A stretch of DNA of 64,000 bases from Eledone cirrhosa. Its lineage: Eukaryota. This document shows, one piece after another, positions 39,654 through 52,580 of the stretch. The notes beneath the pieces were generated by a model. It was not told the DNA's origin, made no database searches, and saw only the letters and a program-made list of their open reading frames with translations. A program made the position numbers and the translations under genes. The DNA lies in contig OZ024740.1 in assembly GCA_964016885.1 (NCBI GenBank), forward strand, positions 83,886,001-83,950,000. The letters are read 5' to 3'. Every line of letters begins with the position of its first letter. Positions within the stretch are counted from its first letter, which is position 1.

Positions 39654-40710
39654 TCGAAATATAACAAAGGAATTAACAGATAAACTCCATGGGGCTGAAA
39701 ATCATGGACAAGAGGACGACCGACCATCTAGCATTTACCGAAATTTCGGAAATATATTTTTTCGGAAATATATTTTTCCAAGCACTCAAGGAAGGCTTAT
39801 GCACCAGAGCACTAGGTGCGCAGCCGGGGGAAAGCCACCACATCAGTCGGATCATCGCGTGTAACCAAACGATTATTATATATTCACACCCGTGATGTGA
39901 GGTTGAAAGTGGTAAAACCCGATGAAATGCGCAAATAGACTATATTTAAGTCCCCAGTTACTCCGGGGTATAAGAAGTGTGGTTTTTTGGTGGTTAGGGG
40001 GAGATATAAGGGTACAGAGAGTAATCTTCTAGTGTCGTGTGCTAATTAGTACAATGATAAGTACATAATGAGAGTAAAGCGAGTGAAAACCTAAATAAAA
40101 GGAACAATAAGCAAAAATACATAAATAAATAAAAGCAGAATACAAAAATAAAACTACATTAATAAAAATACATTAATAAAGTAAAAATACATAAATAAAA
40201 GGCTGTCATAGATAGGGTGGTGATGGAGTAAAACGGAAGTATATAAGAACATATCGGAGAAATCAAAACACAGGGGAACTACAATATAGATCAAGTTGTA
40301 GTTAGATAATACATATAGATATAGAGGATGGAAGAGATGGAATGGTATCAGGTGATACCTAGTGTATGTTCGAGTCTCAGAATTCAGTATGAATTACAAA
40401 GGCCCTGAAGTATAGGGTAGAGAATTCAGTCAATACAATACAGGTTACAGTATAATCCGTAGAATTTTGTCGAAGTCAGAATATTCCCGACAGGGAAGCA
40501 GCATTGGACCAGGTGGGCGGTAGACAAAGCACAGAGCAGCCCCAAAATCCGAATGGTAAGTAGATTAGTCAGTCCCATGCTGGCGATAGCTGTACACTGG
40601 AGTCAGTGCCGCTGTTCATTATATATATATATATATATATGTGTGTAAATAAAGTAATTCCGTCGGAAAAGTCCAGGAAAATAGAGTGCTCTATGTAGGT
40701 AACAGAGCTT

Positions 40711-41142
40711 AATAGTTATGTAATAAACAACATAAGGCAATTATTCCATTTACCAGTGGTTTCTTAAAAGCAAAAAAATTTTCTTTCAATCCTCAGAATG
40801 AAAAAATCCTGGTCTGTTTATTGAATTTGGATTTTAAAAAACAAAAATGCAATCTATATGAAAGTGAGGCTGGAGAAAGAAGAAGGAAAGGAAAAATATA
40901 ATAAAACCACACATGCAAACACACACAAACACACACACACAAAAGCATACATACACACACATATATATACATACACTCATACATACACACACACATATAC
41001 ACATATATATGTGTATATAAATATACACATACATATACGCATACATACATACGCACATAAATATCAACACATCCATACATACACATACATATATACAACC
41101 ACAAACACATATATACGCACATATATATATATAGAAATATAA

Positions 41143-41173
<31 letters not shown>

Positions 41174-41663
41174 CATACATGCATACACATACACATACAT
41201 AGCTATACACACATACATATACATACATACATACATGCACACAATCATACCTATATACACACGTACATACATACATATACATAAATGCGTACATATGCAT
41301 GTACAAAATTAGAAAAATATACACTCCTCTACATATTCACACACGCAAATATATATATATATTATATATATTATATATATTATATATTATATATATATAT
41401 ATTTATATATATTTATATATATATATATATTATATATATTATATATATTATATATTATATATATTTTTTTTTTTCTTATATTTATTTGCGTGTGTGAATA
41501 TGTAGAGGTGTGTATATTTTTCTAATTTTGTACATGCTACGTACGCATTTATGTATATGTATGTATGTACGTGTGTATATAGGTATGATTGTGTGCATGT
41601 ATGTATGTATATGTATGTGTGTATGGCTATGTATGTGTATGTGTATGCATGTATGCATGTATG

Positions 41664-41716
<53 letters not shown>

Positions 41717-41903
41717 CTATTTCTATATATATATGTGTGTATATATGTGTGTGTGGTTGTATATATGTATGTGTATGTATGGATGTGTTGATATTTATGT
41801 GCGTATGTATGTGTATATGTATGTGTATGTGTGGATTTATATACACATATATATGTGTATATGTGTGTGTGTATGTATGAGTGTATGTATATATATATAT
41901 ATA

Positions 41904-41934
<31 letters not shown>

Positions 41935-42178
41935 ATGCTTTTATGTGTGGGTTTGTGTGTGTGTGTGTGTTTGCATGTGTGGTTTTATTTTATTTTTCCT
42001 TTCCTTCTTCTTTCTCCAGCCTCACTTTCATATAGATTGCATTTTTGTTTTTAAAATCCAAATTCAATAAACAGACCAGGATTTTTTCATTCTGGGGATT
42101 GAAAGCAACATTCTTTGCTTTTAGGAAACCATTGGTAAATGGAATAATTGCCTTATGTTGTTTATTACATAACTATAT
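40711..42178. repeat. Large inverted repeat (arms about 40711-41356 and 41482-42178) of a PLE-associated repeat also present at 56746-57265
   Basis: The arms are reverse complements with scattered differences, around a TA-rich spacer. Confidence 0.9.
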
Positions 42179-42251
42179 ATATATATATTTCGATATATGT
42201 CTCTCCACCACTCCCCTACACACCCTTTGAACTCTGTTCCCACACACTTCT

Positions 42252-42285
42252 CACCTGAAGAAGGGCTTATGCCCGAAACGTCGTT
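42252..42285 (+). ncRNA. Canonical minimal PLE-type hammerhead
   Basis: AC-CUGAAGA-A-GGGC UUAU GCCC-GAAACGUC/GU with palindromic ACGU stem III. Confidence 0.75.
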
Positions 42286-42392
42286 CCCCACCACACCCCA
42301 CTCTCCAGAGCGTGAAATTAATAAACATTCGTTGTACTGCCTCTCTGTTTTGTTCCTGTTCAAATTTTTTCCATTATATATATATATATATA

Positions 42393-43033
42393 CAATGATT
42401 TTAAATAAATGGAAACTATATTTATAAAACCATATTTATTCTATTATATATTTCAAGGGTACCAAAAACTTTGGTACTCTTTCATCAGATAAAATACAAA
42501 GTACGTTTTATAAATTTTGACATAGCCAAGGAAACATACCTTATCAGTTGAATTTTCCTTGGATAATGAGTTTAAAGAACGGATTTTTCAAAATTGTTAG
42601 GATGTGTATGCAAATGAATATGTATATAAGGTTGAGTTATATGTTTGAAAAACCGTTATTTTAAACGCTATGGAAAGTTTAGATAAATTAGTAGGAGAGA
42701 AAGAAAGAAAAAAGAAAAAGGAAAAGGAAAAAGAATTTGGGGGAAAGAATTTTAATATTTACCTATATTATGTATATATTTATATGGAGAATTATGTTTG
42801 TAAGTATTTGTCTTATTACAATATTTTAGTGGGTTAAATATATAATTATTTTCTTCTTGCAAACATCGCCAAAATTCGACATTCAGAACTACGTGTAATT
42901 TATAATATTCCTATAAATCTTCAAAATGATTTTATCTTCCTTAAAAATTTAAATTTTTTATATTTTAATATATTAATATTTTTAAATGGTAATATCTCTA
43001 ATATTTGTAGTACTTTCATTTTCAGCATGAATC

Positions 43034-43110
<77 letters not shown>

Positions 43111-44259
43111 GTTAATTTTAATTTTAATTTTTTAATTCTTTAATTCTTACATTATATTTTACCAATGATACCCTCTAAAGCTATTTTTAAATGTAGATTA
43201 ATAACCATTAACTGACATTAGGAACATGTAACCTATTCAAGACGATTTTTAAACATTCACACTTCTTTAGACTAAATAAATAATTAATTAATCTCACACT
43301 AACTCTTAACATTTATCGATTAACAAACAAAATTGGAGTTATCTTTCCTTTCTCAATGATACAAACTTATTACATTATGATTATATATGTAACTCCGTTA
43401 AATTAAATTAAAACATTCTCAAATTAAAATATTCTGAAAGCCGAACATGATATTCAAATATATAAATTCATAATTTTAACTACCTATTTATTTAATTACA
43501 TAAAATACAAAATCAACTCCCTCGTAACTCATATTATAAACAACCACCTAAAACTTGAACTACCTATTTATTTATATATTTATGTCCATAAAACACAAAA
43601 TCAACATCCCTAATAATTGCAAATGAATTTCTTTAATAATAATACATATGCTATTATTAAAATATATATATAGATATTTATATATTTAACCCACTAAAAT
43701 ATTGTAATAAGGTAAATACTTACAAATATAATTCTCCATATAAATATATACATAATATAAATAATATTTAAATTTTTTCAAACAAATTAACGTATATAAG
43801 TGGTCTTCTTTTTCATTTTACTTTTTCTTTTTTCTTTCTTTCTCTCCTACTTATTTATCTAAATTTTCCATAGCGTTTAAAATAACGGTTTTTCAATCAC
43901 ATAACTCAACCTCATTAACATATTCATTTGCATACACATCCTAACAATTTTGAAAAATCTGTTCTTTAAACTCACTATCTAAGGAAAATTCAACTGATAA
44001 GGTATGTTTCCTTGGCAATGTCAAAATTTATAAAACACACTTTGTATTTATAAAACAGATTTTGTATTTTATCTGATGAAAGCTTACCAAAGTTTTTGGT
44101 ACCCTTGAAATATATATAATAGAATAATTATGGTTTTATAAATATAGTTTCCATTTATTTAATATCATTGAATATTTACTCCAGAAACTGTCGAGTGCTC
44201 TGAATCAGTTATAAACATTTATATTTGTTGAATTTCCAACAAATTAAATATCCCTTCTA

Positions 44260-44262
<3 letters not shown>
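42393..44262. mobile_element. Non-coding AT-rich element with inverted arms of about 450 bp (42393-42845 and 43680-44170), each carrying an outward-facing hammerhead
   Basis: The arms are reverse complements. Hammerheads at 42437-42496 (-) and 44065-44126 (+): UAUUUUAU-CUGAUGA-stem II (UACCAAA/UUUGGUA)-GAAAUAUAUA/AUAGAAUA. Flanked by (TA)n. Confidence 0.8.
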
Positions 44263-44315
<53 letters not shown>

Positions 44316-44482
44316 GTATAAGGATTGGTGCTCTGAAATAGCGATGTATACATGAATGTATGTATATTATATTTGGCAATATAACGTATGTCAAATTAAA
44401 AACATTTAGCTCTTCTAAATGTTTTTAATTAAACATACGGTATATTGCCAAATATACTATACATATATTCATATATATATAT

Positions 44483-45205
44483 ATACAAATATAATTTCAG
44501 TGAGATCGTATTTCGGCGGGGACCAAAAACAAAACGGAACGCAATCGTCGAGATATGCGGCAGCGCTCAATCGACTAAAAGAAGACCAGAGCAAATAACA
44601 TACGTTATAAAGGCCAGATAAAATGAAAACAGTGGTCGTGAAGCCATCAGCCACCAGAGCCAAAAAAGTGAAGCACGCTAAACAGGTTAACAAGTGTTTT
44701 TAGCTGGACCTCCTGGAAAGTGTTTGTAAAATCCAGTGGAGGTTTCTGTGACCTCTAAACCCATTTCGTCAACTGGTATTTTGTTCTCAGCGGGCTACCG
44801 GGTTCCAATGCAGTAGTAGTGACGTGATTACCCCACGTGTTTACTCTGCGAGGGATGTAACCCCGGTTTTTGGCGGGGGCATTCAAAACGTGTAAATGTA
44901 TTGCAGAAATTGCAAAAAAACTGCACTAATCGAAGTAAGCTCTCGACCGGGTTGTTTTTAAATAGACTTAAGCAATTAATCAGTCAATAGAATTGTGTAA
45001 CTGAATTAACTAATTAATTGCTACGCCCGGGAGATTAATACAAATATAATTTCAGCGAGATCGTATTTTGGCGGGAGCCAAAAACAAAACGAAACACAAT
45101 CCTCGAGATATGCGGCAAGCGCTCAATGGACTAAAAGAAGACCAGAACAATTAACAGACGTTATAAAGGAAAGATGAAATGAAAACAGTGGTCGTGAAGT
45201 CATCA

Positions 45206-45210
<5 letters not shown>
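44483..45210. repeat. Element bounded by direct repeats of about 170 bp (44483-44653 and 45037-45209)
   Basis: ATACAAATATAATTTCAG.GAGATCGTATTT...AACAGTGGTCGTGAAG.CATCAGCCA occurs twice; flanked by (TA)n. Confidence 0.8.
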
Positions 45211-45239
<29 letters not shown>

Positions 45240-45742
45240 TATGTATACGTACATACATATATGTATACAGACGTACAGTAGTATGTATATATATATATAT
45301 ACATACATGCACACATATATATATGTACGTATGGATTCACCAAACATTTATTATAATGTTCGGTGTGTTTGTAAACAAACATCCCGTATTATGCCGTAGT
45401 GTCTAGCAACGACCGTTTCTCGTTTGTTCAACACTGATAAAGGAACGCTGTACTAGTTTCAAGCTTGTTAGCTATCGTCAGCAACGTACCTTCCTGCCAG
45501 ATAGTTGAACGTCCGAAAGTATATACTTTCCTTATGCATATTAACGGCTGAGAAGCCCAATTTGCCTATCGAGTGGGTTAATCGGCCGGGTGCACCGAAA
45601 ACGATAAACAGAAAAAATGAAACGAAATTTCATTTCCCATATACATATATATATTTACGTATACATACTTATATTTAAGTAACAGCCGTACTAAGAGTGG
45701 GAAGTGAAATTTCGTTTCAATTTTTCCGTTTATATATATATA

Positions 45743-45838
<96 letters not shown>

Positions 45839-45841
45839 CGC

Positions 45842-45872
<31 letters not shown>

Positions 45873-46299
45873 GGGGTAGATTTCAGCCTGTATGTGTACT
45901 TATCTCCCATTTCCGAGCCTTCTGAGGTAAAACAATATGTAAGCTGACGCCCTGATATCATTTTGACGATACCGGAATCTGTCTCGACTGAATTGGCAAT
46001 TGGGGACACTTAAAACAGCTTTCTTGTTCCTGTCTCATACACAAGAGTCTCGAAAATTGGCTTGTCGATTACCTGTCACCACATGCCAATTTGGGTGAAA
46101 GTAGGCTGACGAATTTAATTTATAGTTTTTTTTTGTTTTTGTTTTTTGTATATAGACAACCCTCACCCCTAGGCTAACCACGTCTTTATTAACAAGATCA
46201 AGAGACTAGATCAAAAGTGATCACTACTTTATTTGTAAGAACTACTCGTTATAAATCATTCAATCATTAAACAATACCAACCACCAGAAAATCCACTAT

Positions 46300-46668
46300 T
46301 ATCATCGCGTATTGCGATGCTGCATGGTAGTGAAATACGTGTAGTGACTGCAGAAGACATGTGTAGACTAGAGAGAAATGAAGCAGCAATGCAGAGATTG
46401 GATGTACTGAGGTAGAGACTGGGTTTAAGAGAAATCCGAGGTAATGTGCAGGAGAAATGTACGTTGATACGGACATGTGACGCGCATGAATGACGATCGA
46501 CAGGTAAAGTGCCAAAAAATGCCAGTAGAGGTAGACCGAGAAAGACCTGGGCAGAGGAGATCATGAACGAACGCAGCGAGTGGAGAAATACTGTGCTGAA
46601 ACAGACCCGTTTAACCCATGCAAGCGTGGAAAAAAGGACGTAAAAACTATGATGGTGTGATGATGATA
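46300..46668 (+). pseudogene. RTE-clade LINE 3' fragment
   Basis: RIAMLHGSE..VTAEDMCRLERNEAAM.. and RGRPRKTW motifs, followed by a (GAT)n tail. Confidence 0.75.
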
Positions 46669-48199
46669 TATATAATACAAATTCAAAACGTTAGGAAATA
46701 AAGGAATTCTGTATAAATCACGTTATATTCAATAAACGTTTCTATATATGTATGTATTATGTATATATGTATTTATGAATATCTGTATGTAAGTATGTAT
46801 GTATACATGTATGTATTTATGAATATCCGTATGTAAGTATGTATGTATAGATGTATGTATCTATGCATGTGTGTATGTGTGTTTTATAACGTCCATCTCT
46901 AGCACAGAGATTTAATATTCCGACTCCTTTTGCGGCTTCATAGCACAAAGGTATTTCTAGATGTAAGGCAAGTCCATCTCAGGTTTATTCCCTAGCTGTT
47001 TCAGGTAGTATTTTGTTATAGGTGGTTAGCGTAACGAATCGTGAAAGGGAGCAAACATATTATATAAATATTGTGCCGCAACACCATGAGCGAAAATATT
47101 AACGATATAAGTAGTAAATAAGAAATTGGAAGCTATGATTACCCTCCTATTTTCTGGGAACATTCTAGTTGTTTATTATTTAAAATTTCTCATAAAATAC
47201 AGAGAGGGTACGTAGCATGCGTGTGTCTCTAATTGATATTTATTGTGATCAACCGAAGGAAATGATTTAACAGTGTTGGAAACAAATGCGAAGATGCATA
47301 ATTAAATAAACCCTTCAGGATGTGCAATAATCCATAATGCCTTAATCCAACACATTTTATACAATATAACGCCAGAATTTAAGTGTGAAAAATGAACATG
47401 GTTGTTTACATTAAGTATTTCGTATTTATATATCTCTATATTTGATCCATGAAAAACTACACATTAATCTTCTCAGACGTAATTTCTAGCTTAATGTAAC
47501 TTTGCCATATGCCTATATTCAAACTCCAATGTACGAAAATACAGGAAACTTGATATCTCATGCTATTTCTGTTTTTATTTATATGGCTGGCGTATGAATA
47601 TAAAAATGCTGTGATTTCTATTCTTTCTTTGTGAAAATAAAGCACGCTGCAGGCGAAACCTGGTGCCTTCAAAACTGTTTGGATAAAAAGTTGGCCATGA
47701 TTTGCTTCACTAAACAACGATTGCATCAGAGCGGCAACTTCGTACAAAGGTTTTCAGCGGAGTGCGCACCTGTAACAGGATCGTTGGAACGGTGGTAGCT
47801 TCTAAAACACGTATAGTTTGATGGCCTTCAACAAAATTTACCCAATTTAAATCACATGTCTTTGGTGAAAAGCGATTAAAATACAAAACAATTTCGCAGT
47901 CTTGAAATCAAAACATTTTCTTTTGTAGCTCTTGATTGGAATCATGTTTTTAATAAGAACGCTATAAAAGACACATATCTTAAATACAAAGGTTTCAATA
48001 GTCATCTGCACATGAGAAATCTCCCTAACAATCCTACTGCACAAGAGCGTTGCACAGAAGGATGGCTAGATTGATGGGATTCACAACGAAATTTCGATAA
48101 ATGGGAAGGTTTTCAATCTGAGAAGGCTGCAGGATACATGAAAAGGCCTGTACCATAAGGTATAGACAACTGAGTTCTTCTGTTAATGCTACGTTGTGC

Positions 48200-48700
48200 A
48201 GAAATATCCCCTCCCTTATTTTTTCAGGAAAACATCTACAACCGACCACATATTCCTAATAAAATACCCAGATAGCGTGATCTCCAATGACTTTGAAGAG
48301 AGGATCAGATTTTTAATTTTACTGAAACAAATATTTGTAGCATTTTCATGGCTCAAAACTAGACTATTTCTAATAAACGAGCAATCTGTGTTTCTACAGC
48401 CATATATGGATTTGAGTCAAGAGCCCCGTATAACCTCTTCATAAAGAGCCTAGAAGCAATTAGCAACCTGGAGCTATGGAAGCCCTTTCATTTACCGGGC
48501 GACAAAGAAATGTACGCAGAAATTCTAAGTCGAATCAGCACTATAGAAGCATCAATGGAGACAGGGAATATTCGGCGGATACTGCAGTTGTCCGTTTACT
48601 GTCTTCCCCCATTCGATCCTATATAACCAGCTACAATAAGGTCATCTCTGAAGACGAAATTAATGAAAAATAAAATCATCCTTTCTAGAGTAGAATGGAA
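48200..48700 (+). pseudogene. Possible very old LINE RT remnant
   Basis: FRKTSTTDHIFLIK resembles the GFR..RSTTDHIF motif; little other support. Confidence 0.3.
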
Positions 48701-49387
48701 TGCATAGCAAACCAATGGTCTGCTTTGTCGTTCTCACCGTTGACATGGTATTGAAATGATACCCACTCAGTACTACCAAGGAAAGCGGGAAAAGAAGGAA
48801 TATGTATCTTACCGCTCCAAAAGTATTAATACAGCCTGTCAGTGGTCGATAAGAGACTTTAAAAGAATTGTGCTAAATATATTGAGAATCATGAGTGTAT
48901 CTGTTGGTCAGTGAATGTACAGTGCTAGTGATTTTAATATTCCGTTTAGTAATGTCATTGTTATCTAAAACGTATGCATTCGTGTATGTAAGAAACCATG
49001 AGATCTCCGAATATGATTTGGCATTATTACAATTTTTCTAACAGGTTTTTTTCTTTAACTTACAATTATCAGTTTCTATTCCAGACAATGTTTTCTTTCT
49101 TTTTATAAAAACCACGGCGGATTATAGTTTATATCCACCCAATGATTTATTTTTAAATATATATATGAAGTTCCAAGCATCTGTTTTTTAATATTAATAG
49201 TAAAATATTGCACGATAACTTTTCTAACTTATTTCTGATTTCTGCTGCAGCACTTCTTATTTCCTTATTATAAAATACCACAATTGTCTATTTCGCAAAG
49301 ATGCATACTCAAATGATAATAACTTTATTATTCATAACGTTAAGCATTAAATCGAATTCAATCTTTATAGTGTAGAAATGTTTGTGA

Positions 49388-49431
<44 letters not shown>

Positions 49432-49476
49432 TTTTGTGTTTCTATACACACACACGCAAACGCATATCTCAACTCA

Positions 49477-49513
49477 CCTTTTGAAAAGCAGAAGAACTGC
49501 GAAACCGGTAAAG
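49477..49513 (+). ncRNA. Minimal hammerhead, U3:A8 variant (copy of 11730)
   Basis: CUU-UUGAAAA-GCAG AAGAA CUGC-GAAACCGGUA/AAG. Confidence 0.7.
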
Positions 49514-49899
49514 AAACCAAATAAATATATATATCTTTAAAAAAAATAAGACTCCAGTTGCATTTTCGATTTCATCTCTTTTTCTTTATACTTTCACTCG
49601 TGTAGGACACCTCGGTTATTTTTCATTTTGTAAAAAAAAAAAAATATATATATATATAATAGTTATGTATATACTATAAACAACTATTAACAGGAAAGGT
49701 CAGTAATTTCTACTACCTTATTACCAGTAAGAGAAATATTTTATTTTATTTTATTATATATATATATATATATGTGTAGGAGGTGAGTTTTATTGTAGTA
49801 CAATATAGCAATGCAAATATCGGATAAGTAGCACTCTACAGTTTGTAGGATTGGAGTATAAATAATATAAGATCAAAAGATGGTTAAAAGAGTTCCAAG

Positions 49900-49970
49900 T
49901 ATTTTATTATGCGCATTTCAAAAACAAATATCATCATGAGATGATATCTGCGTTTTCATCAGATAAAATA
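49900..49970 (-). ncRNA. Type I hammerhead in a small inverted-repeat element (arms 49862-49894 and 50032-50065)
   Basis: UAUUUUAU-CUGAUGA-AAACGCAGAUAUCAUC UCAU GAUGAUAUUUGUUUUU-GAAAUGCGCAUA/AUAAAAUA; perfect 8-bp stem I. Confidence 0.85.
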
Positions 49971-50057
49971 GTGATATGAAGGTTAAAAAACGCTTGTGAA
50001 TAGTGAAGTTTTAAATCAACATATGTTGATTTAACTCTTTTAACCATCTTTTGATCT

Positions 50058-50113
<56 letters not shown>

Positions 50114-50133
50114 TTATATTATATTATTCCCGA

Positions 50134-50240
50134 TAGGTTGACTTTGACTTTCATCAATACGGGGTCGATAAAATAAAGTGCCAGTAATGCATTGAGCAAT
50201 TGCTGGCCTTGTGCCTAAAGTAGAAACAATTATATTATTA
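50134..50240 (+). mobile_element. 3' half of the tRNA-derived SINE
   Basis: GGTTGACTTTGACTTTCATC..ACGGGGTCGATAAAAT...TAGAAACAATTA. Confidence 0.8.
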
Positions 50241-52210
50241 TCTATATATATAAAGTGAAGTTGGGCGTTGTTTGTTTGTTTGTTTGTTTGGTGTCCCGAA
50301 CTTGCAGGCTACACCGTTCATCCGATTTTCATGAAACTTGACACATATATAAAGCTCGACCCGTAGATTGGAATAGGCTACTTGGAATTTTCGAAGAATC
50401 GATAATCGGGGCCCAGAAGCCCCAAATCGTCCGATTTCGATGAAACTCGACGCAAGTGTCTATTTTGATCATCCGGGGATGAACGTGGGCTACAAATGTT
50501 TGGAAAATCGATATTTACGAAATTTGTCCGATTCCAATGAAATTTGACGCAGGTATGTAGTATTTTGATGCGGAGATCATCGTAGGGTACTTGTAATTCT
50601 CAAAAACTCGATAATCGGACCCACAGAGGCAAAAATCGATATTTTCAGAATTCGTCCGATTTCAAATGAAATTTGATATTACCACAATAATAGATCCATT
50701 ACGAGTTACTCCAAGGCTGCAAAAATTCAGAAAGTGTTTTTAAACTCATAAATCATGCGTTAAATGAGACCTTTAAGAGTTAGGGCAGACAATTATTCAT
50801 AGTTTAATTATTAATGGCGCAATATTGTGTAAATATGCAAATCTACGCCTTTCTTTATGGGAAAATGGAAGGCTTTACAAACAGATATTCAGGGTTCTTT
50901 AAGTAGAATTATTAATTCTTAAATAATTGTACAGTCCACAAAATATGAAAGAATGTTTTTCATATTTTTTTCAAAAATCTTTCGATTTCAATGAAATTTA
51001 ATGTGTATGTATTCGAACAGAAGCACTTTTAGTTTACACCTGGCACAATGAAAATCAATTTCCTATGCCCATATAAGCACGCACACACTGTGACTCACGC
51101 GCGCTATTGATTGGTGGCCTGTCTATACCACGAGCAGTATGTTTTCTCAACGATAGATACACAAACAGGTATGCACGCAAGTGCGAACCGCCTTTTTCTC
51201 TGTGTGTATCCGCTTTTTGTGAACAACAATAAATCCGGCCATCTCACTAAACAGGCCTTTACAGAATTTGCCTACTTACTTATCGGTGAGTTAGTGCTTA
51301 TTTATTTAGACTACTTGCATGCCATTTCATTTAAATTTAATTCATTTTTCGCCTTCCTTAAATTTAAAAATTCCCATTGGGACTTGGGGATTGTCGACAT
51401 CTTAGCGTTAAACTTTTCATATTCCCCCTTATTCAAGTGCAAATACAGTATTATCCCTATTTGAAAGTAAACCAAATTAAATGGTGTCTTTTGTGATGCC
51501 AAAAGCTAAAAGCGGTGAGTAAATTTTCAAAGTCTTAAATAGTCATGCTTTTTGAAAAAAAATGTACTAAATAATACTTTGACCAAGTTGTATTGGATAC
51601 ATACAAAGTTGTAAAAAATGTTACGTCCGTACCAATTTTTTCCTTTTTTAAAGAAAGGTTCTAAAAAATTACTTAATTCATAACACAGCCTTTTGCACAG
51701 GAAGTGAGTAAGTTTTCGGGTTTTAAACGTAAGTTCACCAGGATTTGTGTCTTTTCCATTATTAGCCCACCTCTAATTGCATTTTTGTTCTGTTTACGAC
51801 TAAATGTTATGAGCGTATTTGAAAATTGCTATTGTTCTTTAATTTTTTATTTAGTTGTCATAGACCATCAGCATGCAGTGCAATTGATTGCGCACACGTA
51901 CATACCTGCATGCAGATAAACACTGACAGCTAATAAAAAATCGATAATTTGCTTATTAAGACATCGGTCAATAGGCGAGATTGAATATACTTTAGAACAT
52001 TTTTTGAATATATTGTTCTTTTTGGCATGATATGTCAGAAATATACCTACTATTCACTTTGGTTATTTTTGGTAACTAAGAAACGGTTCCTTTTGGGTCG
52101 ATACTTAACTAGAAAGATCAAAGAATTTTGGACAAGTTTGTTTCAGGCACTGTATAGACGCCAATTTTGTCAGACCTTGGTCGTGAATTCGTATTCTTTT
52201 CCAATAGATA

Positions 52211-52456
52211 CCGTATTTTCCGCTCTATAAGGCTCACCGGGATATAAGGCGTATCATTTAAAATCAGGTCTGCGCCACGGCGTGTAAGGCCAACCAGGAA
52301 AATGGTATCTTCTTTACTTTTAGTCTAGATCTATTACTTCTGTTAGAGGCGTAATTGATTACCATTGTATTATTTATACCGGAGTATAAAGTACAGAGCT
52401 GTTTTTTTAATGATATTTAGGTATTTTAAGTGCACTTTATAGGCCGGAAAATTCGG
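52211..52456. mobile_element. MITE with pogo/Tc1-like TIRs, nested in the Helitron
   Basis: TA|CCGTATTTTCCGCTCTATAA ... TTATAGGCCGGAAAATTCGG|TA. Confidence 0.7.
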
Positions 52457-52580
52457 TAAGTTATTATAATCATATTTCGAAACCTTCCCATTCACCAATA
52501 ACCATGCTAGCGAATCTGGTGTCACCTCTCTCTGTACTTAATCACCCCTCTCTAACCTAACAGCTTCGTTACACGTCGTT

